A stretch of 64,000 nucleotides of DNA from Eledone cirrhosa (GCA_964016885.1 OZ024755.1:24242001-24306000), one strand, 5' to 3'. Shown: positions 1 to 16,935, counted from the stretch's first letter. The notes: a model not told the origin generated them from the sequence alone. Numbers and translations: made by a program.

Positions 1-2843
<2,843 letters not shown>

Positions 2844-2952
2844 ATGGTGCTGCCAACTCGTTTTTCGAGTACGGCCACTACTTTATATCCATGTAGGAGA
2901 ACCCCTATCGAAGCGCTGAACGAGTGTGACTTTTTAGTCCAGCCAGCGACTT

Positions 2953-3152
2953 NNNNNNNNNNNNNNNNNNNNNNNNNNNNNNNNNNNNNNNNNNNNNNNN
3001 NNNNNNNNNNNNNNNNNNNNNNNNNNNNNNNNNNNNNNNNNNNNNNNNNNNNNNNNNNNNNNNNNNNNNNNNNNNNNNNNNNNNNNNNNNNNNNNNNNNN
3101 NNNNNNNNNNNNNNNNNNNNNNNNNNNNNNNNNNNNNNNNNNNNNNNNNNNN
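2953..3152. other. Assembly gap (200 N)
   Basis: Run of exactly 200 N; fixed-size scaffolding gap. Confidence 0.99.
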
Positions 3153-3470
3153 GATAGAGTGTGTAGCTCCGAGATCAGAGAGTCACCCCAGGTAGAGCCG
3201 CTACTTCTCCGAATTGAGAGACCACAACTACGATATTGTGGGCATGTGGTTAGAATGTCTCAAGAAAGAATCGCTGGACAGATTTTTACAGACAAAAACA
3301 ACCGGTAGGAGACACAGGGGTAGACCCCGAGCAAGATGGTTGGATAACATCCATGAGCTTGGCCGATCTCGCTTGGGGATCCAGCCGGATCAGTTGGAGA
3401 TGGCTGCTTCTGACAGGATCTGCTAGAGGAAGTGTTTGAGGACTCTTCCCCCATGACCCTCACAAGAAGA
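3153..3470 (+). mobile_element. RTE-type non-LTR retrotransposon 3' fragment (decayed)
   Basis: Frameshifted translation LRYCGHVVRM...GRRHRGRPRARWLDNI resembles RTE ORF C-termini; homologous pieces at ~10725-10950 and ~45600-45810. Confidence 0.75.
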
Positions 3471-5212
3471 AGATATTGCCTGAGTCGGGATATGTTTATT
3501 GGGCTAAAAGTATCACCAAAACTGGCCATTACCTTTTTTGAGTATTTTCTTCCACATATCACTGACACAGGTCTACGTTCAAAACTCCATCAAACTGCGC
3601 AAATGTTGATTCCTAATATAGACATAAGGTCAGCGAATTTGGGGGAAGGACAAAGTTGAGTATATCAAATCCAGTACTTGGCTAGTGCTTTATTTGAACG
3701 ACGCTAGAAGGATGAAAAGCAAAGGGATTTGAACTCAGAATGTAAAGAATCAGAACAAATACCACAATGGTATTTTATCTAACACTCTACAGAATCTTCC
3801 AATCCAACACTTTAAAAATCTGACCAAATATTGAAACCTGACGTCATATGGTTAAGATAATTATGAACAAGTTCATTATAATATTTTCATCATACACACA
3901 CACACACACTCTCTCTCTCTCTCTTTCACCATTTGTTTTTATCAGTCATAGCCTGGTTCCAGCAGAGTATATTTCTCGAAAGACATTCAGCGCCTGTTGG
4001 TGATATTCAATCGGGGGATGGATTATATCTGCCACCCAAGATATAATCTAGCAAATTCCACTCACAAAGCTTTGTTGGACCTAAGTCTTTGGTAAAGAAA
4101 CTTCACCAAGGCACCGCGGAATAGAATCGAACCCGAAACCACCTGGTTGCAAAACAAGCTTTTTAACCAAACAGCCCTGTCTTGTCGTCCGTCACAAGGT
4201 TCAGGTTACATTTTCTGTAAAGTAAAAGAAAATGCTTTGGTTTTGTTTTACTTTGTTTTGATGAATAAATCATGCAATGTTTCGATGTTCTTTTTTTTTT
4301 TTTAGCTCCTGCCTTAACAAATCAGAATTTAAATCGAAAGCAGTGAAAAAAAAAATTTCCGGTAAATGAAAAAAATATCAGTTGGATATTTGACATAAGG
4401 AAATTGTATATGAAATGCCGAACTAAAGGCTATTATTACAATGATGATGGCAATAAAGTCTTTAAGAGAGCCAACACGAGAAATATTAAAAGATGATGAA
4501 AATAATACTAATAATAATCATAAGGAAGCATGAGAAAAAGAAATGGAAGACGAGAAGAGGGATGGGATTGGATGATGAGATGAGAAGGCTGGGATTGGAT
4601 GAGATGGAGAGGGATGGCATTTTGCAATGAAAATTCTGAGAGAAATCAGATAATGGTTGTATTATTTTCTCAATATAACTATGATTAAGCCGTTGTTGAT
4701 AACAATAAAATCAAACTTTTCATGCAGTTTATAAAGTTGAATGCAGCTGGTACCGCCATATGTACAATGTGTATTCTCAATGTTGATAAAGTCTTTAACG
4801 AGGTTTTCTATAGCTTGAAGTTACAAGCCGATTATTCAGATACCTCATAAATATCACACAGACTCAATTATGATTCTTTCTCCTGTTGTGTTGTAACTAA
4901 TAACCAATACTATTCTCACAGAAACGTATATTTCCAGATGTCATATTTCCCTTCCATCTAGTTGTAACTAATGAGCTATGCTTTCATCACACACAAAAAA
5001 ATAACTAAAAAACATATTCACGAAATTATTAACTCGTCAATTTTCATTTGACGACACACATTTGACCCACGAGCTGGAAATGAAATAATTATCGACTAGT
5101 GGAAAGTACTATTAAATGAAGGACGAATGAATAAACTCTTCAGTATTAGGGGCGAATTGCAAGTGCATAAGAGCCTGTTATGACGCATCTCTGTTCAGAT
5201 AAATAGGGAGTT

Positions 5213-5433
5213 TTAATATTGGTTTCTTATATAGGCACAAGGCCAGCAATTTTGGGACGAGGGGAAAGTTGATTAAATCGACCCCAGTGCATGACTGGTA
5301 CTTTATTTTATCGACCCCGTATGGATGAAAGGCAAAGTTAACCTCGGCGGGATTTGAACTCAGATCATAAAGGGCCGAAACTCTATGCTGCAAAGCATGG
5401 CGTCCGACCCTCTACCGATACTGCCAATCCACC
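5213..5433 (-). mobile_element. tRNA-derived SINE family A copy
   Basis: Reverse complement has A-box-like TGGCAGTATCGG, B-box GAGTTCAAATCCC, central CCTTTCATCC..GGGGTCGATAAAATAAAGTACCAG, tail GGCCTTGTGCC. Confidence 0.85.
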
Positions 5434-5442
5434 AGATCCATA

Positions 5443-5880
5443 AGGGCAGTGGATTGACAGTATTGATAGAGCGTCGGACAACATGCTAGAGCTACACCCC
5501 TTTACGATCTGCGTTCAAATCCTGTCGAGGTTAGCTTTGCCTTTCATCTTCCCGGAGTCTATAAAATAAAGTTCCAGTAACACATTGACTTCGATTTATT
5601 GACCTTCCCCTCCCCAAAATTGTTGGCCTTGTGCCTAAATCAGAAACCAATATTACAGATCCATGACAGGGTGATGAATTGGCAGAACTGATAGTGCATC
5701 GGATGAAATGCTACCATATTTGTTCTGGCTTCTGAGTTCAAATCCCGCCAAGGTCAACTTTGCCTTTCATTCTTGTGAGGTAGATAAAATATAGTACCAA
5801 TCAAGAAATTGGGTTGATTTAGTCAACTTTGCTCTTCCCTCTAAATTTGCTGGCCCTGTGCCTAAATTAGAAATTAATAT
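5443..5880 (+). mobile_element. Two tandem SINE family A copies
   Basis: Same head, central domain and tail at ~5443-5655 and ~5668-5880. Confidence 0.8.
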
Positions 5881-6189
5881 TAAATATCGATACATATGCA
5901 ACTAATATTAAACGAGTGGGCCAGAGCCACCAATAATGATGGCATTAGTGTTGGACGGATTTCATTTTTGGAGTCCGAGATTGGTTGGTCATATATCAGG
6001 ATTACTAGATATATGAACAATCACACAAACTGGGAAATTTGGTTTGCATAAGAAAAATCTTATAGTTTATGTTGATTACTAACACGTGGAAGTGAGTAAA
6101 GAATGGTATTTTGATCGTTTATTTCTAGGCTATAATTATATAACAGTCTAGCCATATAATGAGTCTGAGCCTCAGAGTCATGGGCTTGA

Positions 6190-6400
6190 CTGTACAGGTG
6201 AGGGAGACGAAGAAATTAGGAGTAGGGGATGGAGTGTTTTGGTATGGGAGGAGTTGAAGGAAGTGAAGTTGAGGTAAGCGTAGAAGTCGGTGTGTTTGAA
6301 GAAGACTGACGTGATGAGGGAGTGATTGGGGTGGTTGATAGAAACAGAGATATCCAGGAAGTGGATGGAAGTAGGGGAAATAGAGGTGGTGAAGTCAAGG
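6190..6400 (-). mobile_element. Penelope-like element reverse transcriptase C-terminal fragment (disrupted)
   Basis: Minus strand reads IHFLDISVSI...TSVFFKHTDFYAYLNF.../HSIPYS*FLRL, matching the PLE pattern FLD...TSV.YKPT...YL...SIP.SQ.LRL; contains a frameshift and a stop. Confidence 0.7.
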
Positions 6401-6809
6401 ACAGGGTGGAAGGAGCAGAAAAGGAGAAGGAGTCAAGCTATTCTCAGGTTTATATATATAAAAGCGACATACAGGATTAAATGAACAAGTAACGTTGGAG
6501 AAATAACTATTTACAGGAACAATTGCAGGTTATAAAACCGGATGAAAATTTCAAAATAATGAAGAATCTCTAATATTCTTCCCAGGTCTATGTCAGTTAG
6601 AATCAAATTGTTGCTAGTCATTCCCACCAACAATTTCTTATACTATGATTTCTCTTCAAGATATGAAGTATTTCATGTTCTTTGGAAACAACAGAATTAT
6701 GATTTTACAAGTTATAAAATCGGCAAAACAGTGACAAGTAAAAAGTGCTATGTATTTATACAATTAGTTATCGTCTGTGACACATTCTAGAAAATAATGG
6801 CTTCATTAA

Positions 6810-7175
6810 TTCATTCAGCCCCATCGCTCTCTGTGGAGCATTGACCATTGATGACCTTCCGCCATCGTACACGATGTTGGCTTCCAGTTTTCTTAGTTCA
6901 GCCTCAGTGTCATGCCTGCAGTTGCTCCGGGGCCAGTCCCTCTTCCTCTTACCCTGCGGATTCTAGGTCAGAGCTTGGCGTGTGGTGTTGGATGCTGGTT
7001 TCATGAGGGCATGTCCAATCCAGTTCCACTTCCTCCGCAGAATCTGCTTTTCCACTGGTTCCTATCCCGCTTGTTCCCACAGATCTTCTCCGGCCATTTG
7101 ATGTTGTGCTTCAGACAGGTGTTGAAGAATGTCTGGGTCTTCTGCGCCATCTTCTTTGTTGTCCTCCAAGTTTGT
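6810..7175 (-). mobile_element. RTE-type LINE 3' end fragment
   Basis: Minus strand gives W..IGHALM..ALT..P.G.R.RG.. RTE C-terminal motifs and ends in a (TGAA)n tail. Confidence 0.7.
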
Positions 7176-10100
7176 TGTCTATCCGTAAAGCAGTACCGCT
7201 TTCAGAACTAAAGAAAAAATCATTAATCAGAGACGGTAGAGGGTCGGAGGCCAAGCTTTGCAGCATAGAGTTACAACCCTTTATGGTCCGAGTTGAAATC
7301 CCACTAAGGTTGACTTTGCCTTTCATCCATACGGGGGTCGATAAAATAAAGTACTAGTAATGCGCTGGAATAATTACTGGCCTCGTGCCAAAAGTAGAAA
7401 CAATTATTTTTGCAGGGCATTGTTAGAGCCTCGAACAAAATGCTTTGTAGTATTTGTTTCAGCTCTTTATTTTCTGGGTGCAAATTGCCTTTCATCCTTT
7501 CGGGGTTGATATAATCGATATGTTTCTCTTCCTTAAAAAATTGTTAACCTTATGCAAAAATTAGAAACCAGTATTTCGTGTCAGCCCTGTACGTTCTTGT
7601 TTCAAATTCAGCTGAGGTCAACTTTTCTTTTCATCCTTCCAATGTCGATAAAATAAAGTATGAATCGAGTACCAATCGATTTAATCCACTTTCCATTCAG
7701 GTCCAAATTACTGATCCTGTGCCAAAATTAGAAAACATTATTCTTTGTGATGTAGTTTTGTACGATGTCTGTACGCTCTCTGATAATTATGGAAACAATT
7801 TGATATTAATAGAGAGCTAGGTATTTTTTTTTTTATGTTTCTTCTTCATATGATGATGTTGATTTATGTAATACAGTTTCGTCTGTTTTCACTCAGTACT
7901 AACAATACAGACTCACTGCAAATACAAGAATTACCAACGAAAAAGCTGAGAGTTAAAAGCTATTATCCTTTCGGGAACTGTCGTTAGTGTTTTATAGTTA
8001 AACTCTTTATCCCTTATAGGTTTTTATCAAAGAAGCAGTACTGTTTCAGCAACCTACTCCTATGTTCTTTCTATGTTGTTAATATTGCTACAAATTGCAA
8101 TCAAATCATCTATTTGGTTTCTGCTAAGCATTTTGCAACAGAAATTTGGCGTAAATTTCAATTTATAAAGCGTTATATCTGTTGGCAAATTCCGCAACAA
8201 AAGCATATTAGCTGCTCTATTTTGATGAGATAATAGATTTTTTTTCTAGTTCAAATTAATCATGTTGACAGTATGTTTATAGGTATTAATAATTTATTTG
8301 CTTTCCTCTACTTTTGTTTTCAAACTGGAGAATTGCCAGCACATTGAAACTTTGGCATTCAAAGAATAAATGTTAAGGCAACAATTTCCATCATGAGATC
8401 GATGTTCTTTATTCGATATTTGGCTTAATTTGTAAATTGGGAGCAGTGTTGTGGAATCTTCATTTGAATCATAGGTTCGCAGCCAACAGGTTTTTAAGAG
8501 TATTTCATTTCTTACTTAAAGACAAGACTTAGTACTTATTTACAGGCTTGTGTGATATATTTTTCTCTGTAATATAAGCAACGGGGACAAAGCCAACCTT
8601 ATTTCCATGCGGTTTTTCTTAGGAAAACATGTTATAATGAAAAATGTATATGAAAAAATGTTGGTGGATGATAATCACATACATACATACACACACAAAC
8701 ACACACACACACACTCAGACATACATTGTACCCCTGTAACGGAATAAATTTTAAAGTGGCTTGTCATAGGAAACTTTCTTTCTTCACCTTTTTAAAGACT
8801 TGAACTTCGCCACAAGATTGTTTTGAAGCCTAGATTTATAAATAGATGCAATCTGGTGCGCTCGTTACTATAGCAACATTTATTCAAATAAAATAATTAT
8901 AGTGTTACATTCGATATATCTACAATATGACTGAAGAGAAAATGCCTCAAGAGAGTGTTCTGCATTCTAAATATAAATACTGTAGGGTCTCACATATGTA
9001 ATATAGTAAGTTGATAAACTACGATCAACTGAGATTATCAGAACAATTAGTAGACAAAAATTTGTCTAGGAGTGTTTAAAATCTAAAATTTACAAACAAA
9101 ACCAAATCTACTCCACTCTGCAATAGTTTGATTATCTAAAATAATTCGATCAACTTATTTTATTGAAGTTATCTCTCTTGTTTATTTATTTTTAACATTT
9201 AAACACTTCACAGTTAGTTTTTGTTTACTAATTACTTGGATAATGTTAACTAATCAGCTTTTCAGTCAACTAACACACACGAGACTCAAACATTTGCTCC
9301 CTAGCATGCGAGAATGTTTGGGTTGTTGTGGCCCACTCTGTAGTACACTCTTCTTTTCACTATCCAAGTAATCACCTACAGAATCTGCGTGTTGCTGTAA
9401 CAACTCCATTTCTTTAATAATTATTGTTTACTCCCTGCTGAGGATTTGCTCTTTGATCTTATCATTGCTTTTTCTCTCATGTGCATATCCATAATAAAGC
9501 ATTGTACCCCCCCCCCCCCTCCCTCCCGTTCATGAATAACCATTCCACTGAGGTTTCTAAGTCCTTTACCAGCTAGATATGACATAGACATACTGTATCT
9601 AGCTACAAATCTGCAACATCCCACCTCTATTGGAAGCAATGTACACTGCAATTCTCGTTCTTCACATATTCCTTAAGTTTTTCAAAATTTAGGCTTTTTC
9701 TTTCATGTGCTCACTCCATATTGCTTTCACGAGACATTGTTAACTCAATAATTGGGACTTTTTGTCAAGGCAGCCCACGTCATAAAGTCAGCGTTCTATC
9801 TTCAAGTCAACCCTAATCAAAATGGCGTGTAGCTACTACACAGTTACTTAACCTGAATGAGCTTCTAAATCTTCTTCAAACCATACTCTAATTATTATTA
9901 TTATTATTATTTAATGAAAGAACCTCATTTTTAATGCAGCCATGGATACATCGATTTTATTTCTTGTGGTGTATGTGAAGTTTGTACATTATGTTTGAAC
10001 CTTCTGGAATTTAATTGAAAGTTGACTCGTAATAAAAATTAGAACAATATCCTGTATTATTAGCCAAACTGCAATGGAACATTACAAAACACTTGAAATA

Positions 10101-11157
10101 ATGGCATTAATACTATTGGACAAAATAAAAATACACTGGCAGTTTAACACATTGAAGTGTTTATCAAAAGATTATATATAAGAATATGTAAATAATTATA
10201 AAGCCAATCCATGATAAACAAAACTGCAGGATAACTTTTAACAATGCTTTTATTTATATTCTTTACTGGTCGATAAACCAATGTAGATGTGATACGCTAT
10301 ACCGACTGGTATAAATAGTACATGCAATACAAGTCTTTGATTTCAACTACCACCTTACAGGGTGGACTAGGTTCTTATCATGACACCAGCATTATTCACT
10401 GCCTAACAGTGCAAACTGAATGTTTTTTGTTGTGGTACCATCACTACCACTTTATAGTGTGGGCTGGATGCATTTTATTGCTGCACCAGCACTATCCCCA
10501 TATATCATTCATCATCTACCACCACTACCACTTTTAGAGCAAGGGCTGGGTGCATTTTATCGCTGCTCCAGCCCTATCCACATATATATTAATTTCTAAC
10601 ATAGACACGAGGTCAGAAATTTGTTCACCCCAGCAGAATTTGAACTCAGAAGGCCTACAACTAAACATTTCAAGGCATTTAATCTACAACTTCACCATTT
10701 CTATGATATTGATTTCTAACATATAGACAGCTCAGATACAATGGGCATGTGGTTAGAATTTCTCAAGAAGGAATCACTGGACAGATTTTATGGGCAAAAC
10801 CTAACAAGTAAGAGACCCAGAGCAATATGGTTGGATAACATCCATGAGCTTGATTGGTCAAACTTGGGGATCCAACCAGATCAGTTAGAGACAGTTGCTT
10901 CTGACAAGACCCATTGGAGGGAGTGTTTAAAGATTCTATACACAAAGTCAATAACTTAGAAGGGTGGGTGGGGGAGCAGTTGATTATATAGATCCCTAGT
11001 ATTTAACTGGTATTTATGTTGTCAAGCTCAGAAGGAGGTTTCAAACCCACAATGTAAAGGTATATATTTAAATTCTGGTGCATTTTAATGACAGAGAAAA
11101 ATAACATTTAGTCCATCATACCAATAACTAGTATCATTCAACCAACCTACCTGTAAT

Positions 11158-11380
11158 AATATTGGTTTCTCATTTAGGCACAAGGCGAACAATTTGGGGG
11201 AAGGGTAAAGTCGATTAAATCGACCCCAGTGCATTACTGGTACTTTATTTTATCGTCCCCGTAAGGATGAAAGGCAAAGTTAACCTCGGCGGGAGTTGAA
11301 CTCAGAACGTAAAGGGCCATAACTCTATTTTGCAAAGCATGGTGTCTGACGCTCTACCGATACTGCCAATCTACCGCCCT
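11158..11380 (-). mobile_element. SINE family A, full-length copy
   Basis: Complete head-to-tail match to the other copies in the window. Confidence 0.85.
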
Positions 11381-11689
11381 AGCTACCTGTAATAATATTA
11401 CACACAACATACCTCTTATTAAATTTGATTGACAAGATCTCAGACTTCATTCACTTAATGAGTGGCGGGGAGCTCATCAAATCGGACAGAGGGAACAATG
11501 TTTCCATCAGTCTTTCTAATTACTAATACTATCTGTCAGTCGCAAATCCAGGCAGAAGGAACGTGAAATAAAGTGTCTTGCTTAAGGACATAACGCATCG
11601 CCCAGTCTGGGAACGAAATCACAACCTCACGATTGCGAATCCCATTCTCTAACCATTCAGCCATATGCCTTCACCTCTTATTAATAAAC

Positions 11690-12560
11690 ACTAAAATCAA
11701 CAAACCTGTAACTAATACAAACAGCACACCTGTTATTAATAAACACTAAATACAGCACACCTGTAACTAATATATACTGCATCCAGCATACCTGTTAATG
11801 ATAAACATTATATAGAACAGACCTGTAACTAATAACACAACACCTAATATATCTGTGACTAATATACCTGTAATTAATGAACACTCCACTTGATATACCT
11901 GTAACTAATATATACTACACCTAATATACATGTACTAATAACACTGTACCTAATATACCTGTAACTAATATATACTACACCTAATATACTTGTAATTAAT
12001 GAACACTCCACTTGATATACCTTTAACTAATATATACTACACCTAATATACCTGTAATTAATGAACACTCTACTTGATATACCGTTAACTAATATATACT
12101 ACACCTAATATACCTGTAATTAATGAACACTACACCTAATATACCTGTAACTAATATATACTACACACAACACACCTGTAATCTACCACGTTATATCCAA
12201 TATAGCTTTCATCAATAACACACATACACCATACCTGTAATTAATATACACTACACCTAACATACCTGTAATTAATATACACTACACCTAACATACCTGT
12301 AATTAATAAACACTACACACAACATACCTGTAATTACTAACATTACATACAGCATACCTGTAAATAATAACACTACACCCAATATACCTGTAACTAATAA
12401 CACTACACCCAATATACCTGTTACTAATAACATTATACCAACTCTACTTGTAATCAATCCCATTACATACAGCATACCTGTAATCATCATGTTATACTCA
12501 CCATACCTGTAACTAATAGCATTAAACCCATTATGTCTATAACTAATAACACTGCACCCT
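11690..12560. repeat. Degenerate 30-31 bp minisatellite (core ATACCTGTAA(C/T)TAAT)
   Basis: Core recurs every ~30-31 bp; alternating variants at ~11865-12130. Confidence 0.9.
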
Positions 12561-13779
12561 GTATGCACACAACATGCACCCAAGCTACATCCAGCATGCA
12601 CCCACTATACATCTTAGTACCACATCCAGCATGGAATGGAATGGATCTCCATCAGTTTCAACGATCAGTGTTCCAGTTGTTCAATCAGTGGAATAACCTG
12701 CTCATTAAATTGATATGTAAGTGGCTGAGCATTCCCCAAACACGTGTATCTTTTAAATAATTTCCAGAAAGATTTGGCTTGATACAGTGTGCGACATGAC
12801 TGACTCTTTGAATTACAGGTACAGTCCATCCGACAGGCTTCTGAACAGTTTCTGTCTACCCAGTTTTACTCAAAAGATCTGAGTCAACCTGAGTCTATGG
12901 TAAATGATACCACGCTGTGGGATCAAACCCAGGTCCTAATGATTGTAAAGTAAACTCCTTAACCATTGGGATTTGCACCTAGAAAGTTCACCTCCAGGGC
13001 ACAAGTCTGGACAACGTTGTTTGCAGAAGACCAGCAGTCGCCCATGTATACCAGTCTCCCCTCTCCACACCACCAATGTGGTCCAAGGGAAAGGCAAAGG
13101 TCAATACAGCTAAGTGAACTGGAGCAGCGTGAAAAAAATATCTTTCTCAAGAACACAACGCAAAACCTGGTCCGAGAATCAAACTCACAACCTCACGATT
13201 GTAAGGCCGAAACTCTAATCACTAAGCCATACACAGTAACTAAACTCAGCATACAGAGAAAAATAACACTTTATTCAGCAAGAATAACCATATCATCACT
13301 GCACCAAACATACATATAACTATCGGAGAAAGAGTAGAGGACGCTGGTTTCTTGGAGTATTAAATTTTTAATGTCCTGTACTACAGGAAACCAACAATAA
13401 CAAATCATTCTTAAAATGTATAAAACAGCACTATGACTACATCACATTAAAAATTAAAGTCTTTACTCTAAAACTGCAAATCTTCACATCAAGCTGTCAA
13501 ATAGTAAAAGATACTATAAACATTTGAATTCGTAAACCAGTTTTTAGATATTTCCTGCTAAATCATTACAGGATGTTAAGAGGTAACTAACATATATCAC
13601 CAAAGAAAAGGTTTCTCTTAATATTCATCTAATTTCACATATTCAAATACTATCATTAATGAGAAAACTGCAACAATGTTCTCCATTTGACAAAGAATCT
13701 TATAGCCACCATTTTACAGTAGTTTTAATTTGCTGAGTTACAATGTTAGAAATAAATTTGAACGACTTCCGTCCGTCAC

Positions 13780-14765
13780 ATGTGTGTGAGTGTGTGTATG
13801 TGTGTAAAAGGAAGGAGGGGGGTGGTGAAAAAACTGTAGCAAAACAGCGATTGCCCTTCCATTTGCTACATTGTGTGTGAGTGTATGTGTGTGTGTGTCA
13901 ATCTGTTTGTATGTTTATATTTATATAAACATACAAACACAGAGATACACATCAATAGAAAATCATGTGTATACATTTGTGTCTGTATGTGAGAGCATGT
14001 GTATGTGTGTGTGTGGGAGAGAGCATGTTTATGTGTGTGTCTGTGTGTGTCTGAGTGTATGAGAGAGCATGTTTATGTGTGTGTGAAGTGTATGAGAGAG
14101 CATGTTTATGTGTGTGTATGTGTGTGTGTCTGTGTGTGTGTGAAGTGTATGAGAGAGCATGTTTATGTGTGTGTATGTGTGTGTGTCTGAGTGTATGAGA
14201 GAGCATGTTTATGTGCGTGTATGTGTGTGTGTCTGAGTGTATGAGAGAGCATGTGTATGTGTGTGTGTTTGTGTGGGAGAGAGCATGTTTATGTGTGTCT
14301 GTGTGTATGTCTGAGTGTATGAGAGAGTGTGTGTTTGTGTGTGTCAGTGTATGAGAGAGCATGTTTATGTGTGTGTCAGTGTATGAGAGAGCATGTTTAT
14401 GTGTGTGTATGTGTGTGTGTATATAAAAGGACTTCAGTACATGTATGAGTGAAGCACTTGTGTGTATGTGGGCTTGTTTATATATTCATGAGTTTGCTTG
14501 TGTATCTATATGAGTGTGTGGGAGCTTGTGCAGCCAAGCAGGCTTGAGTGTTTGTTATATAACTCTGTATGTGTATGTGTGATAGTGTGTGTACCTGTAT
14601 GAGTGGGTATGTGTGTGTGTGTGTGTGTGTGTGTGTCTGTGCATGTGTGTGTGTGTGTGTGTGTCTGTCAGTGCACATGTATGTGTGTGTGTCAGTGTGT
14701 GTCTATGTCTGTGTGCAAGTGTGTGTGTGCGTGTGTGCGTGCGTGAGTGTGTGCGCACACGCTCA
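13780..14765. repeat. (GT)n-rich compound repeat with recurring GTATGAGAGAGCATGTTTAT motif
   Basis: Read directly from the sequence. Confidence 0.92.
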
Positions 14766-14976
14766 CGCATTTGTTTCTTCAATAATATTGATTTATATTG
14801 TCAAAGTACAGCAGGCAATAAATATATAAAAGAGGATATCAAATGAAACGACCCCAGAATATAAGTGATGTATATTTTACCAATGTGTCATTTTATAGTT
14901 TAGTTTAGATGTAAGGGAATCTACACAAACCCCGGTACTGTGACCTGAAATGCAGAGGAAAGGAAGATAAATAAAT

Positions 14977-15810
14977 ACTTGTTTCTACTTTAGGCACAAG
15001 GCCAGCAATTACCCAGTGCATTACTGGTACTTTATTTTATCGACCCCGTAAGGATGAAAGGCAAAGTCAACCTCGGCGGGATTTGAACTCAGATTGTAAA
15101 GGGACGTAACTATGCTTGAAAGCATGGCGTCCAACCCTCTACCGATACTGCCAATCCACCGCCCAAATAATTGTTTCTACTTTTGGCACAAGGCCAGCAA
15201 TTACCCAATACATTACTGGTACTTTATTTTATTGACCCCATAAGGATGAAAGGCAAAGTTAAATAAATACTGGGGGATGAAAGGCAAAGCTAGCCTCGAC
15301 GGGATTTGAACTTAGATCGCAAAGAGCCATAACACTATGCTACAAAGCATATTGTCTGACGCTCCACAGATTTTGCCAATCCACCATGTAACAATAATAA
15401 TTGTTTCTACTTTTGGCACAAGGCCAGCAATTACCCAGTACATTACTGGTACTTTATTTTATCGACCCCGTATAGATGAAAGGCAAAGTTAACCTTGGCA
15501 GGATTTGAACTCAGATCGTAAAGGGACATAACTATGCTGGAAAGCATGTCTGACCTGCTACCAATTCTGCCAATTCACCGCCCAAACAATAATAATGATT
15601 TCTAGTATAGGCACAAGGCCAGTAATTTGGAGACAGAGGGTAAGTCGAATAAATCGACCCCAGTGCGTGACTGGTAGTTTATTTTATCGACCCCCATAAG
15701 GATGAAAGATAAAGTTAACCTCAGCGGGATTTGAACTCAGACTGTAAAGGGCTGTAAGTCTGTGCTGCAAAGCATGGTGTCCGACTCTCTACCGATACTG
15801 CCAATCCACA
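14977..15810 (-). mobile_element. Tandem cluster of about 5 SINE family A copies (some truncated)
   Basis: Repeated GGCACAAGGCCAG..ATT...GGATGAAAGGCAAAG...GATTTGAACTCAGA...GCCAATCCACC blocks. Confidence 0.88.
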
Positions 15811-15849
15811 ACCCCACTATGTAACAATAATAATACCCCCAATATATAT

Positions 15850-16147
15850 CTGGTACTCCTTCGGTTATGAAGACAAGTGTTCCAGTTGATACAATCAATG
15901 GAACAGCCTGCTCATGAACTTAATGTACATACCCATAACATAGTTCTCAGGGAGATTCAGCGTGACACAGAATGGGACAAGGCTGGCCATTCGAACTACA
16001 GATACAACTCATTTTTGCCAGCTGAGTGGACTGGCGCAATATGTGAAATAAAGTGTCTTGCTCAAGGATACCATGTGCCGCCAGGAATTGAACTCACGAC
16101 CTTCCAATTGTGAGCTGAATACCCTAACCACAAAGCTATGCACTTTC
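15850..16147 (-). mobile_element. tRNA-headed CORE-like SINE (family B)
   Basis: Reverse complement has a GTGAGTTCAATTCC B-box followed by CCTTGAGCAAGACACTTTATTTCACAT. Confidence 0.75.
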
Positions 16148-16509
16148 ACATATGTAACAATAGTGCCATTCCAAATGTAGGACCAGTGTTCCAATATGGC
16201 TCTCCCTTGAACTTTATAATACATTAGCAATTGTTCAGGGTATTTTCTACCTCTAAAAGGAAAAGTCTAGTATTTTGAATGTAAGCTTTTGCTTCAGTAT
16301 GTTATTTGAGATTTTCTGGAGATACCATCAATTATAATTATTGTATAGAAAGTGATGAGACGAAACACAATATTGCAACATATTCTGTCTGAGACTTTTA
16401 TATTTAAGTATCCTGATAATGTAGACTAGCCATAATTTGTGGAGACTATAGCTGATATCAGCAGTAGCTTCCTATTCTTGGTAATGTAGACTAGCCATAT
16501 TTTGTGTAC

Positions 16510-16935
16510 AGGGCGGTGGATTGGCAGTAGCAGTAGAGCGTCAGACACTATACTTTGCAGCATAGAGTTGTGGCTCTTTACGTTCTGAGTTCAAATTCCG
16601 TCGAGATAAACTTTGCCTTTCATCCTCATGGGGTCGATAAAATAAAGCACCAGTAATGCACTGGGGTAATTGCTGGCCTTGTGCCAAAAAGTAGAAACAA
16701 TTATTTATGTACAGGGTGATGGATTGGCAATATCGGTAGAGCGTTGCACTTCATGCTTTGCGGCAGAGCGTTACAGCTCTTTATGTTCTGAGTTCAAATC
16801 CCACCAAGGTTAGCTTTGCCTTTCATCCTTACAGTGTCGATAAAATAAAACACCAGTGAGTACTGGGGTTGATTTAATTGACTTTCCTCTCCCCTTCAAA
16901 TTGCTGGCCTTGTGCCTAAAATAGAAACAATTATT
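16510..16935 (+). mobile_element. SINE family A dimer
   Basis: Two full head-to-tail copies. Confidence 0.87.

Noticed and set aside
9270-9880. Coding-like composition on the minus strand
   Set aside because: Multiple stops in the frames I read and no recognisable motif; needs BLASTx and cannot be called from the sequence alone
11690-12560. Repeat-spacer appearance
   Set aside because: The variable parts are related to one another and only ~15 bp long; it is a degenerate minisatellite
13871-14846. HT- and CV-repeat ORFs
   Set aside because: Translations of (GT)n/(CA)n repeats
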